64,000 bases of DNA from positions 39,868,001 to 39,932,000 of the forward strand of contig NC_045697.1 in the NCBI RefSeq assembly GCF_009834535.1, in the 5' to 3' direction. The notes under the pieces were generated by a model. That model ran no database searches and had not been told where the DNA came from. It saw only the letters and a list, made by a program, of their open reading frames with translations. Source of the DNA: Camelus ferus (taxonomy: Eukaryota). The translations under genes and the position numbers were made by a program. The stretch's first letter is position 1; every line of letters begins with the position of its first letter. Shown one piece after another: positions 26,301 through 35,799 of this stretch.

Positions 26301-29300
26301 ATGACTCAATCAATCACAAGGAAGCAATGAAACCCCAGTAACGATCCTGGACTTGGGTGAGCTTCCCTGTTTGGCAGTACTCTTCACAGCCATGTATCAG
26401 GCTGGGAGGAGGTGACAATGTCCATGGGTTGAACAGGAGAGGACACCAGAATCTCCTCATATGGACTCCTTCTAGTCTCTGTCCAATGCATCTTTTCCTT
26501 TGAATGGTTCTACTTTATGTCCTCTTCTTACAATAAAAATGACCATCAGTATAATAGCTTCCAGTGAGTTTTGTGTCTTTCCAGTGAATGCTCCTCTCTT
26601 AGCAGGGGTACTGCCCTGGTTTGCATTAAGACATCCCTAAAGTGATGGCTCCTCCTGTAACACATGCAACTCAGAGGAATGTGTGTTATGATAAATCCAA
26701 AGTGGTGACAATGTTCCTTTGATTAATGCAGAGATACTGAATGCAGGGAATCATACCATCCCAATAAGCTAGTCTACCTTAAGAATATCTATTTATGTAA
26801 TTTTACTCCAAGATCTTAAGAGAATATGCCTATAGACTGAAAGTACATACACCAGTTTTTTATTGTAAAGGTTTGTAAACAAACAAATGAACCCAACATT
26901 CAGATACAGTATGAATTTGCTTGTGTTCAGTCAGGAGAAAATTACCCAAAAGAGGAATAAATTTATCTGTGTGACTATTTCTTAACCACACCCAGACCCA
27001 TCATCCCACTGGTGAGAAGTGGGCTGATGTTCAAAGAAGAAAACTGTTAAGTAAATCAAAGTGTTTGAGTGAATTTTTTTACTTTTGTTTTAAAAACAAG
27101 ACCTGTGAAAATCAAACTTTAAAAAACATTCTATTCAAACCACCACTGACTTTGTCTTATACTGTGACCACTCTGAAAGAATCATGGAATGTTGGCCCTG
27201 GAGGGGTGTGTGAGAAAGAGTGATTACATCACTGAACAATCCTTTCTAATACGTCTGTCTATTTTTTCCCCAATAAGTGATAACTTATTTTTCTTAAAGA
27301 CAAAATGCATCTGAACTGTTACAAAGGTATTTCACTAAAGGAGCAAAAGAAAGTAAACATATCTGCTCATAAAAAAAAAATCAATGAAAACAAATATATA
27401 TACTAAAATAAAGATTTATTATGATTATCTAATAATGTAAATTAAGCATCTTTACCTATCTAAAAATGTTCGATACTTTTATCTCAATCAAAGAAACTGA
27501 TCGAAATTTTATTAAACTACCTATCTAAATTTATTGTATATATTTCATCAATTTTCACTGACAGTTTGCAACTTACCTTCCACATGCTATCTGGGTCACT
27601 CTATTCCCAACGAGCCCAGTCACCAAACAGGGTTTTAACTCATTCTGTGTTGAATTGTGACCGAGTTGCCCATATTTTCCAGCACCGAAAGTGAACACCA
27701 GCCCATCCTAAAGAAAGGGAACTTCATATCAGATTCTAGAGAAACAGGACACAGAAGTAACATTCACCAATGCAAAGGTATCTGTGAATAATTAATAAAA
27801 GCACCGTCAAAAGCAAAGACCTCCAATTACCAGGAGGCCAGTGCTGCATGTAGGAAGTGGCAACCCTTCCTCCCTAGGAAACACTAACTGCCCACATCTC
27901 CATGTTCCAGTGCTTTCCCCACCACAAGGCATCCTTCCGGAATTACAGTCAATGGGACAAGGGTACACGCACCTTCGTGAGCAGGGCACTGTGAGAGCCG
28001 CCACAAGCGAGAAATTCAATTGTCTGATTGTCCAGTGCTTCAATGAGGGCAGGATAATCTTTATCTGTGCAAGGGAAGGAGAGTTCACGTGACCAAAGGA
28101 AATGCCGAACTTCACACCGGAGTCCTGCCACTGATAAGTACCTGGGCGACCTCCTCTCAGCCCAGCACCGCAGCCCCCAGCACACTCTGACAAGGAAGGC
28201 TCTACCCTGTCCGTTATGTTTAAGTCTCCAAGTGGAGGTAGAGCCACACTGGGGCCTCACCAATAAAAGTGTCAAGCCACTTCCCAGAGCCCATTCTTCT
28301 CTTTTTAACCTGACTTAATTAGCTTTCCCTGCAGTATTTCTGGTTATTTCCAGTTCCCACAGAGAATCACCCTTTTCGTGAACATAAAGATTCTTTGTTT
28401 CTTTCAAATTCTCAACTACAGGGTCCTTGACTCACACTACCTTTTTTTCTTTCATGATTATTTTCTTGTCCAAGCACTTAAGAGATTCAGCAAAAATAAG
28501 TTCAAGTGTCTTTTAGTCATTTTCCTCCTTCGAATACTGTTCTAACACTGACTTACAGGTTCTCCTGAGTAACTAGCATTGGGCCACGTAACTAGCATTG
28601 GGCCATGTCAGGCAGAAACGCAGAGTTTGATCAGAAACCCAGGAGGTAATGTGTACATCACCACACCTGAAAACTCTATTAATAAAGTGGGAGCATCAGA
28701 AACATTGCCACCTGCTTTGTGGAGGTAGCTCAATAATGCGAATTACTTGTTTTTTCGTGTGTGTGTACAGATATAAGTCATGCCTTATAGAATAAAGTTA
28801 GAATAGATGAGTTTTTAAATAGACTTTTAGTATCCTTTTGTCATGACATAATTTTATTAACAGACATTTAAGTGCACAGGTACCTTGACGGTCATTTCAT
28901 CCAAACTCATCACAAAAAAAGAAAGTAAGACCTAGAGAAAAGTGCAGTGACTCGGGTAGGCCCTGCAGTTAGTTAACTTTGGAGTGGGAATCAGACCCCA
29001 GGCATTCCGACCCCCAGTCCAACGCTCTCTCCTTTCTCCCACTCGGCCCTGACACGTGTCTCAATTACAGCCATGACCCCCACATCGTGCATGTCTTTGA
29101 GACCAATTCTGCCCTGAAAACAGAGGGATAACCAGGAAGAACAGTGCAAATGAGACTGGGGATCTGAACCATTTTTGATAGGGAGGTCTGGGTTAAATCC
29201 ATCTCTTATCTAACAAATACATGTGTTGATAATATAAATTTGAAAATGTTTCCATACTGTCGGTGTGGCCCAGGCCCAGCTGTCCAAAATCATTTCTTCC

Positions 29301-32300
29301 CCATGAGTAAACGTTTCCGGACATGGATAAGGCCAGGCTGTGGGCTTCTCCCGCAGAAATCTGAACCAAGGGGACTCCCGACAGGTGCTCCACAATCTGC
29401 GGTGTGGGGGTTGAGGTACATTCACTTCCAACTCCTAGCTGGCCGTGTAAGTTCTGGCCCCAAGCATAAAGCTCACCACCTTGACATAAACAAAGAAAAT
29501 GCTGTCTTAGTAAGTTTAAAATGCAGCAGACGTCACCCTAGGACATTATATATGCTATCCATGCTATACCATCACAATCTCTTCCATTCAAACTGACAGG
29601 ACTTCTCAGATCTCCTGTGTCTCAGTCAGAAAAACTAGGAGAACCTTCCCTTTAGCAGTAACAGTTACACTTCCTTACCGCCTACTCAAAGGGTAGTGCT
29701 ATGAACTGAATGTGTGTCCCCCCAAAACTCCTATGTTGAACTCCTAACCCTCAGTGTGATGATATTAGGAGGTGGGGCCTTTGGGAGGTGACGAGGATTA
29801 GATGGGGTCAGGAGGGTGGAGCCTTCGTGAATGGGATTAATGCTCTTATAAAAGGGACCCCAGAGAGCTCTCGCTGGACTTCTCCATCTGTAAGACTGGC
29901 CCTCACTAGACACTGAATCTGCTGGAACCCTGAACTGGAATTCCACTTTCAGAACTGTGAGAAATAAATGTCTGCTGTTTAAGCCACACAGTCTATTTTT
30001 GTTCCAGCAGCCAAATGAACAAAGACAGATAGAAAAAAGCTATCTGAACATATTATAATAAAATTCAAGAAATACTTATTTTTAAAAATCCACAGGATGG
30101 GCCTATGAAAGACAGTAACATTCTACATTTGGGAAAATAAGACCTAAAACTACTGTTTTCTTTTTCTCCCCTGCCAAGTGCCTGAAGATGCTAAATAAAC
30201 AATTTAAAAATACACTTGAAACAGGGGGATGAGTATAGCACATGGTAGAACGCATACTTAGCACACATGAGATCCTAGGTTCAATCCCCAGTACCTCCAT
30301 CAAAAAAATAAATAAACCTAATTACCCCCCAAAAAAACCCTCCCCCTGCCAAAAAAAAAAAAAATTGAAACGACAGCACAGTATCTTGAAAAAGTCAGCA
30401 TCATCTTCCATTTAATTGAATATATGAAACATAAGAAAAGTTCTCAGATGTTATCTAACAGAGAGGGTAGTATCTACTGGAGTCTGAAAAAGCCTATCAG
30501 AAAATTAACAATTACTGAGCACCGCTTTGCAAGATTCTGTGCAGGACCTGGTGGGAGGCAGAGATTTTCCTTCAAACATAATTATCTCGTGCCTACCAGC
30601 CACCAAGAATTTAATGATGAGCAGGATCAGTTCCCTTTCTTGCTTTCCCAACTTTCATTCTCCCTAGACTGTGATTTACTGATAATAAACCCTGAACAAC
30701 CCCTTCCCCCCACATCACTAGATCCTGGGCTTCTTGAAGGCAGAGTGTGTCTATTTCACCTTCACAACCTGGGCATGGGAGATACTCAAAATGAAATATC
30801 TGTTCACAAATGGGTGAAGGCAAACAACCAGTTTTTTCCAAGTTTACACACTCAGACCTTAACAGGGCCTTCAATACAGGTCAAATACTTGATGATTTAC
30901 TTCACTTGAACCCCAGCTTCCATTCAGTTTATGTTTATATCTGTGCTATATATTTTAAAAAAAAATTCCTGGACCCTGAATTCCCTTCTAGCACCTTCCT
31001 GTCTTAGTCCTCCATGGTCAAGTTTCTTCAGGAAATAATCCACATTCACCACTTCCCTTTTCCACCATTACAGTGTCTGATAAGACATAAGAAGTAACAA
31101 AGGGCTGGGGAGAATCCCCGAATGCAAAAAGTAATGTTAAAGCACGTCAGGGGCAAGCGAACTGGCCATAAAAGCAGACCCGAGGGACTGTGAGCTCCAC
31201 CATGGAGCCGGAAGAGCACTAGGAAAAGGGAAAGAAGTGTGGAAAAGGACCCTTCTGGTCCTGACTCCACAGAGGATGATTTTGATTATTCTGAATATTT
31301 TCATTGTTTCCTGTTTGAAAAATAAAACACATGGAACTGTCGAAATAAATCTCCAGGCTCAAGGTGGAGCCGTCCCGGCCATGTCAGCAAACCGCCCTCT
31401 GATGCTCCCGCTGACCAAAACGCAGCACAGACCCAGTCTGCAAGACCCGAACACCAAGGCCACCCTGGGCTCTACTTCTTCATTCCTTGATCTTTCTAAA
31501 TAAGGTCAGATATGCCACCTCAGCCGATCATGCCCTGCTGATGAAGCTTCTAATACTCTGTGAAACTCACCCTCGCCCAAAACCCCTCAGGAAGAATCCT
31601 CCACTGCTTGTGAGCATAGTACACTCTCAAGCCATGGGTCGCTCTCCCTTAAATAAAGTACTAAATTGTTTTCATTTTGTCATTAGACAGAACAAAATGT
31701 AGGCATAGGAATTATGGAGACCTGAAGGTTTTCTAGGTCCGAGAAATATCTCTAATTTTGTGTCTCTTTTAGAAGTGCTCTGGATCATATCAAATTCAAA
31801 ACCGTATTTCTGTTGTTACAAAGTGAAACGCATACATTCTACTAGTTTTCTATGCACACACATTTCTTTGCTCTAAAAAACAATTCATATTTCAGAAAAG
31901 TACCTTTTGCGAGTGCAAGAGAATGATAGTCTCCACATGTGATCTGAATTATACTTTTTTCTTGTAAAATGCACTGAAACCTGATCAAAGAAAATATATT
32001 TTATGTCGATCACATAATGAAAGTCACAACATTGATGTAAGAATTACTAACTGTATTTAATTAGGATTGAAGCTCAAGAAAAATGTCAAATTTACTGCTT
32101 CACATTCAGCCATCTAAATTCATTATAAAAATAATATACATTTTAATTAGTTTAAAAGGCAAATAACATGCATTATAAAACTATAGTATGAGGATTCTAA
32201 GACTCACAAACAATAATTTTATGATACAGGAATAATACAAGATGTAAGGTCTAATTCACATAATCTACCAGGAAAAAGTCTCACAAATCATTCCGTGATA

Positions 32301-35155
32301 ATACATTTTTTACTAGTCTGAAAACTATTTCTGTCAATCTAACGTGGCATTAGTGTGAGGGTTGATTGAGTTAATGAATTTGAAAGTCCAATCTGGGGCT
32401 ACATGGACTAATCAATCATTTCCGTTAAATGCCAAAGTAACACATGGTATGTGCGCTAGGAGACATAAGTTGATTTACAGTTTACTGATAGAATTCACAG
32501 ATTAGTTCAGAATTCACTGATGACTTAAGATGCCACTATATAAAGCAGGGGACAAAAATCATAATTTTCCTACAAAAATTATGATTGCCTTTGAGTAAAG
32601 TTTAAATAACTTTCAATGAAAGAAAAAAATTTTTCCTACCTTGCGTGTTCCATGCTATAGTTGTACTCAAATGGTTTTCCGTCTGAGGACAGAATCAGCA
32701 TGTGCTCCACTCCTTGGTCCATGGAATGTATCTTCATCTTTTTTCCTAACTTAATGCACTCTGCAGAGCAAATCCAACCAGGAACTATCATCACTCTGAC
32801 TGTTGCCCACTATTATTATTAATTTCATTACAATACACTTAAAACACCTGGAAAAAAATTTCACCTAGACAACTCTTGACTTAACATGAACTTCTCATTA
32901 AAGAAAATTCAAGAATGGAAAGCAGACAAATGAGCAATAACTGGTGCCTTGACAACGGATTTTTTAATTTGGGAAAGCATTGATTCATACTTTGTTTTAA
33001 ATTGAATAAATATACCTTTAAAATAGCTAATTAAATATTTGCTTTTAGATTTCTGTTTAATAAGTTGAGAGAGAGAAATTAAATTTGAAGGGACAGAAAT
33101 GAAGAAGTCTGCAAAAAATATAACAACATAGCTCATTTTAGGAGTAAATATATTGTGCATTCTGAGATACCCTCTTTCCAAAAAAAACAAAGCAAATAAC
33201 AATAGCCCCTCCTGACAGCTCCATATAGAAGCCAAGACCTATAGTCTTAAAAGGAAGAATTGTCTTTGGGAAATTATACTTTAAAAGGATGTTGTTAAAA
33301 GAATTTTTATTGGCATTAGAGTCTATTTAGCACTTTCTAAAAGTTAAAGATTTAAAACCGTCCACTAGTTACCACGTACTCTTACTTGTTCGCCAAAAAA
33401 AGTAGGAAAGGTTTGGGACCATTTTCTCACTTTTCAGTTCCAACGAAATAAAATCTATTCATGTAAAAATAGCAAAGCACAAACCACTTCATAATACAAA
33501 TGCTAAAAGAACCGAAACAGGTTGGCAATAAAGAAAAATGGCCCAACAGATTAAAGTCGTTTAGAGACGCAGCATTTCAAACCAGTTACAAAAAAAAAAA
33601 AAAAGAAGGGGTATTGGGACACTGGGTTAGCCATTTTGGAGAAACAAATTAATCTAGATCCCCCTACGTCACTACTCATATCAAAATAATTTCCAAGTCC
33701 ATCAAAAATTTTAAGTTTAAAAGTAAAAGCTTAAAATTACTATAAAGATGAGAACATTAAAAAAAAAAAAAAAAAAACCTTGAAGGGAGGGAAATTGCCT
33801 AGTGGTAGAGCGCACGCTTAGGATGTACGAGGTCCTAGATTCAATTCCCAGTATCTCCATTAAAAAAAAAAAAGAAAATTAAAAAAAAAAAACTTGGACT
33901 GTGAACAGCTTTCTAACATGACACAAAATCCATAAGCCTCCTTAAAATAAAAAACTGACGTAGGCCAAAAAATAACATTAAAGGCAAGCTGGGAAAAATT
34001 TTACAACATATATGACCGACATATAGTTACTCATACTCAACATTCAAAAACTCTTCCAAAAAATACTTAAAAGATTAACAACTCAATTTTTTTAAAGCAA
34101 GGCAAAAATATTAATGAGACAGTTCACCCCGTCAAAAATGCAAATGACCAACAGAAAAAAGATCCTCGACTTCGCTCAAGTTGAAAGCAAAACGAACAAA
34201 AAGTAAAATATTTTCTTCTCTCAGACGGGCAAATTTTCCAAGATTAAGAGTGTGGCGATCTGCTCCACCTCCGTAAAATCGAAGCCACAGTATCTGACCT
34301 AATCTGTACAGAGATTACCACAGAGAAGCGCAACTGAAAGCGCTCTTTAAATCGTTTGCAAATAGCATAATCACTGAGAACAAGATAACGTAAACAAGGT
34401 TCTCCCAAAATCGGAGCGGGTGTGTTCTAAAAAGAAGTGAAAAACACGCTGAACAGAAACCAATGAAAGAGGCAGCCTGGCTAAAATGAGATGCTGCCTG
34501 GCTAAGATGAGACTCCCTCCCTCCGTACGGCGGACTTCTCGCCAGCACCCTGCCCAACTCCAAGTCCACTGGGAGCAGGACTAGGGGAGCTCAGGGATGC
34601 TGCACGCGCCAAACACGAAAAACACCTGGGCCGGTCGCCTTTCTGACGTCCCCGCGGACTCCTGCGGCGTCGTGTCCCCTTTTGAGTCTCCCTTGCCGTT
34701 TGCAGAAGGACCGCACACCCACAAGTCAGGCCACTCGGGAGAGAAGCGTCCGCGTCGGCCGCGACCCCGACCCGCAGGCGCGGACCCCGGCCGCCCACCT
34801 CACTCACACCCCCAAGCCCGAGGCGGAAGGGCCGAGCCGACGCTGCCCGGCCGCACTCACTCGGCTTCCTGGCGCCGTCGCTCTCCGCCAGCAGCTGGTG
34901 GACCTCGATGCCGGCCCCGCCACGCTCCAGCACCGCCAGACGCCCGTGCGTGCAGCACATCTGGCGTGTCGCCTCGGTCCTCCGGGACAGCGCGCTGCGG
35001 AGTCCGGCGGCACTGGGGAAGAGCCAGAGCCTCGAGCCCCGCGGCTGTGCGGGACGGGACGCGAGCGTCCAGGATGCGGGGGGCCTAGACGCGGGGACCC
35101 GCCCGGGCGTCGAACCCGCGCCGCCCCGCGAACTCTTCTGTGACCTCTGCTCCAT
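685..35155 (-). CDS. HERC5: HERC5, HECT and RCC1-like domain E3 ligase 5 (ISG15 ligase); exons 1-20, 3' end outside window
   Basis: 20 GT-AG exons splice into an open 2609-nt frame: [10 protein letters not shown]...[10 protein letters not shown]...RCC1 repeats (GQLGLGH, ACGGSHS)...HECT N-lobe ([16 protein letters not shown]). Closely resembles human HERC5 as recalled. Confidence 0.97.
1043..1524 (+). mobile_element. MaLR solo LTR, MLT1-like
   Basis: TG...CA ends; typical 3' end TAAGCCACTAAGTTT...GCTAACTGATACA. Confidence 0.7.
1667..1733 (-). CDS. HERC5: HERC5 exon 19 (67 nt)
   Basis: [28 protein letters not shown]. Confidence 0.95.
2850..3560 (-). mobile_element. Old L1 fragment
   Basis: T-rich degenerate antisense L1 ORF2-like motifs (CAATACCATACTG, GGCTATTCCTGGCCCTTTG, AAATTTTAAATCAGC); boundaries approximate. 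Confidence 0.6.
3561..3885. mobile_element. hAT-Charlie-type DNA transposon relic
   Basis: CAGTGATTCTCCAAG start and GGGTCCACAAAGTCAAAACTG motif; family from memory. Confidence 0.5.
4366..5099. mobile_element. MER44 / Tigger7-like DNA transposon
   Basis: Imperfect TIRs CAGTAGTCCCCCCTTATCC / CAGGTAAGGGGGTACCGCTA, TA flanks, about 730 bp; interrupts an older L1. Confidence 0.8.
5794..5960 (-). CDS. HERC5: HERC5 exon 18 (167 nt)
   Basis: [55 protein letters not shown]. Confidence 0.96.
6160..6469 (+). mobile_element. 5'-truncated L1 3' end (L1MA-like) with TSD
   Basis: Ends CAATAAAAAATAAAA; TSD core TTAACAGGA at 6151-6159 and 6470-6478. Confidence 0.8.
6877..7020 (-). CDS. HERC5: HERC5 exon 17 (144 nt)
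   Basis: [54 protein letters not shown]. Confidence 0.96.
9382..9552 (-). CDS. HERC5: HERC5 exon 16 (171 nt), start of HECT region
   Basis: [57 protein letters not shown]. Confidence 0.96.
11098..11208 (-). CDS. HERC5: HERC5 exon 15 (111 nt)
   Basis: [43 protein letters not shown]. Confidence 0.95.
12213..12326 (-). CDS. HERC5: HERC5 exon 14 (114 nt)
   Basis: [44 protein letters not shown]. Confidence 0.94.
14830..15021. mobile_element. MER58-like hAT element
   Basis: GGGCCAAATCAGGCC...ACACAGCCACGCCCATTC...AAAGCCTAAAATATTTACCATCTGG. Confidence 0.7.
15080..16110 (+). mobile_element. Old L1 (L1ME-like) 3' region
   Basis: ATATTTGCAACACATACAACTGACAAAGGACTAGTATTC, AAAATGGGCAAAAG and other L1 ORF2/3'UTR motifs. 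Confidence 0.7.
16220..16374 (-). CDS. HERC5: HERC5 exon 13 (155 nt)
   Basis: [57 protein letters not shown]. Confidence 0.96.
16784..16883 (+). mobile_element. tRNA-derived SINE, camelid Vic-1-like (short form)
   Basis: A box TAGCTCAGTGG, B box GGTTCAACCC, A-rich tail; similar to four other copies in the window. Confidence 0.85.
17757..17946 (-). CDS. HERC5: HERC5 exon 12 (190 nt)
   Basis: [63 protein letters not shown]. Confidence 0.96.
20701..20794 (-). CDS. HERC5: HERC5 exon 11 (94 nt)
   Basis: [37 protein letters not shown] (weak donor, phase fits). Confidence 0.92.
21845..22070 (-). mobile_element. L1 3' end (L1MA-like)
   Basis: Poly(T) then TCTATTCTCTTAGCAACTTTCAAATATACAATATAGTATTATTAAC. 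Confidence 0.75.
22120..22179 (-). CDS. HERC5: HERC5 exon 10 (60 nt)
   Basis: [22 protein letters not shown]|...|GTAATA. Confidence 0.94.
22929..23380 (+). mobile_element. ERVL solo LTR, MLT2-like
   Basis: TGTGACGGTTAATTGTATGTGTCAACTTG start; CTCATCCAATCAGTTGAAGGCCT; TTCTGTTTCTCTGGAG end. Confidence 0.85.
23290..23345 (+). repeat. (CT)n(AC)n microsatellite inside the MLT2 LTR
   Basis: About 6 CT units followed by about 21 AC units. Confidence 0.95.
23480..23583 (-). CDS. HERC5: HERC5 exon 9 (104 nt)
   Basis: [34 protein letters not shown]. Confidence 0.95.
24297..24373 (-). CDS. HERC5: HERC5 exon 8 (77 nt)
   Basis: [31 protein letters not shown]. Confidence 0.95.
25477..25622 (-). CDS. 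HERC5: HERC5 exon 7 (146 nt)
   Basis: [48 protein letters not shown]. Confidence 0.96.
26063..26595 (+). mobile_element. MER21-like LTR fragment
   Basis: GAATTTGGCC...TTCCTGGGAGGTAA...GTGTCTTTGTTATTCA; AATAAA near 26532. Confidence 0.65.
27577..27707 (-). CDS. HERC5: HERC5 exon 6 (131 nt)
   Basis: [49 protein letters not shown]. Confidence 0.96.
27973..28064 (-). CDS. HERC5: HERC5 exon 5 (92 nt)
   Basis: [36 protein letters not shown]. Confidence 0.95.
29258..29479 (-). CDS. HERC5: HERC5 exon 4 (222 nt), RCC1 repeats
   Basis: [17 protein letters not shown]...[34 protein letters not shown]. Confidence 0.96.
29697..30027 (+). mobile_element. MaLR solo LTR, MLT1A-like
   Basis: TGCTATGAACTGAATGTGTGTCCCCC...GGAGGTGGGGCCTTTGGGAGGTGA...AGAACTGTGAGAAATAAA...AAGACA. 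Confidence 0.85.
30224..30364 (+). mobile_element. tRNA-derived SINE, Vic-1-like (long-tailed form)
   Basis: B box GGTTCAATCCC, CTAATTACC-containing tail, poly(A), TSD TTGAAAC on both sides. Confidence 0.85.
31338..31689 (+). mobile_element. Solo LTR, probably ERV1 class
   Basis: TGTC...GACA inverted termini, exact 4-bp TSD GAAC, AATAAA at 31652-31657. Confidence 0.8.
31904..31980 (-). CDS. HERC5: HERC5 exon 3 (77 nt)
   Basis: [29 protein letters not shown] bounded. Confidence 0.95.
32640..32760 (-). CDS. HERC5: HERC5 exon 2 (121 nt)
   Basis: CAG|..[39 protein letters not shown]..|GTAGGA. Confidence 0.95.
33785..33892 (+). mobile_element. tRNA-derived SINE, Vic-1-like, inserted in an old L1
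   Basis: AGTGGTAGAGCG...GATTCAATTCCCAGTATCTCCATT plus poly(A). Confidence 0.8.
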
Positions 35156-35420
35156 CGCCGCTTTCCCGGGCTCCACGGCCGCGCCTCCTCTCTCCGGACC
35201 TTCGGAGGAGACCAAGGGCCAACCTGACCCGAGGCAAGAGGAGAGAGGGAGACGGCCAAGGCCTGAGAGCAGTCCACCGACCCCGGACGTCGCGGTGCTG
35301 AGCCCGAGCTGGCGGAGCGCTCTGCGGCGTCGGGGAACCGCAGCCTCCCTACCCCGCCCCTGCCCAGACGCCGGGCTTCCAACGTGCTGTTTGGGGGCGG
35401 AGCCGGCCGTTCAGGGAGAA
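34500..35420. promoter_or_regulatory. CpG island over HERC5 promoter, exon 1 and start of intron 1
   Basis: Very GC- and CpG-rich against AT-rich flanks; GC boxes at about 35352-35360 and 35393-35401. Confidence 0.9.
34861..35155 (-). CDS. HERC5: HERC5 exon 1 coding part (295 nt)
   Basis: ATG in strong Kozak context (gcgATGg); MEQRSQ...GARKP; donor A|GTGAGT. Confidence 0.93.
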
Positions 35421-35483
35421 ATGAAACTGATTTTTTTTTTTTTTTAAGGGGACGGCATTGAAAAGGAAAGAGAAAGGGAAACT
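35418..35483. promoter_or_regulatory. ISRE / IRF-binding elements of the HERC5 promoter
   Basis: GAAATGAAACT (35418-35428) and GAAAAGGAAAGAGAAAGGGAAACT (35460-35483), about 260-330 bp upstream of the ATG of a known interferon-stimulated gene. Confidence 0.85.
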
Positions 35484-35799
35484 CGATCGATTCAAGACTG
35501 GGCTGGAAGGCTGCCAAAGTAAACAGGATGCTGGCAGATTAAGAGGTGAGTGGACAGGGCTAAGAAAGTGTCCCGGGCAGGCAGTGGCCACCTGAATTCC
35601 TGAACCAAATGGCTTTCGAGGAAACACTACAATTCCGCTAGGAGGAGCCCTGACACAGACGGACTTGCAGAATTTCCAGAAACTATCGTGGCAAGGAAAG
35701 CTAAAGTTTGTTGAGCATTCTGTTCCAGACTCTGCCACAGGATCGCGATGAAAGTGACGAAGAGAACTAGCAGTTAGTCCCACAGCCCACACTGAGGTG

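Noticed and set aside
35156..35215. 20-codon N-terminal extension in the ORF track
   Set aside because: Starts at TTG; the ATG at 35155 has strong Kozak context and matches the known N-terminus.
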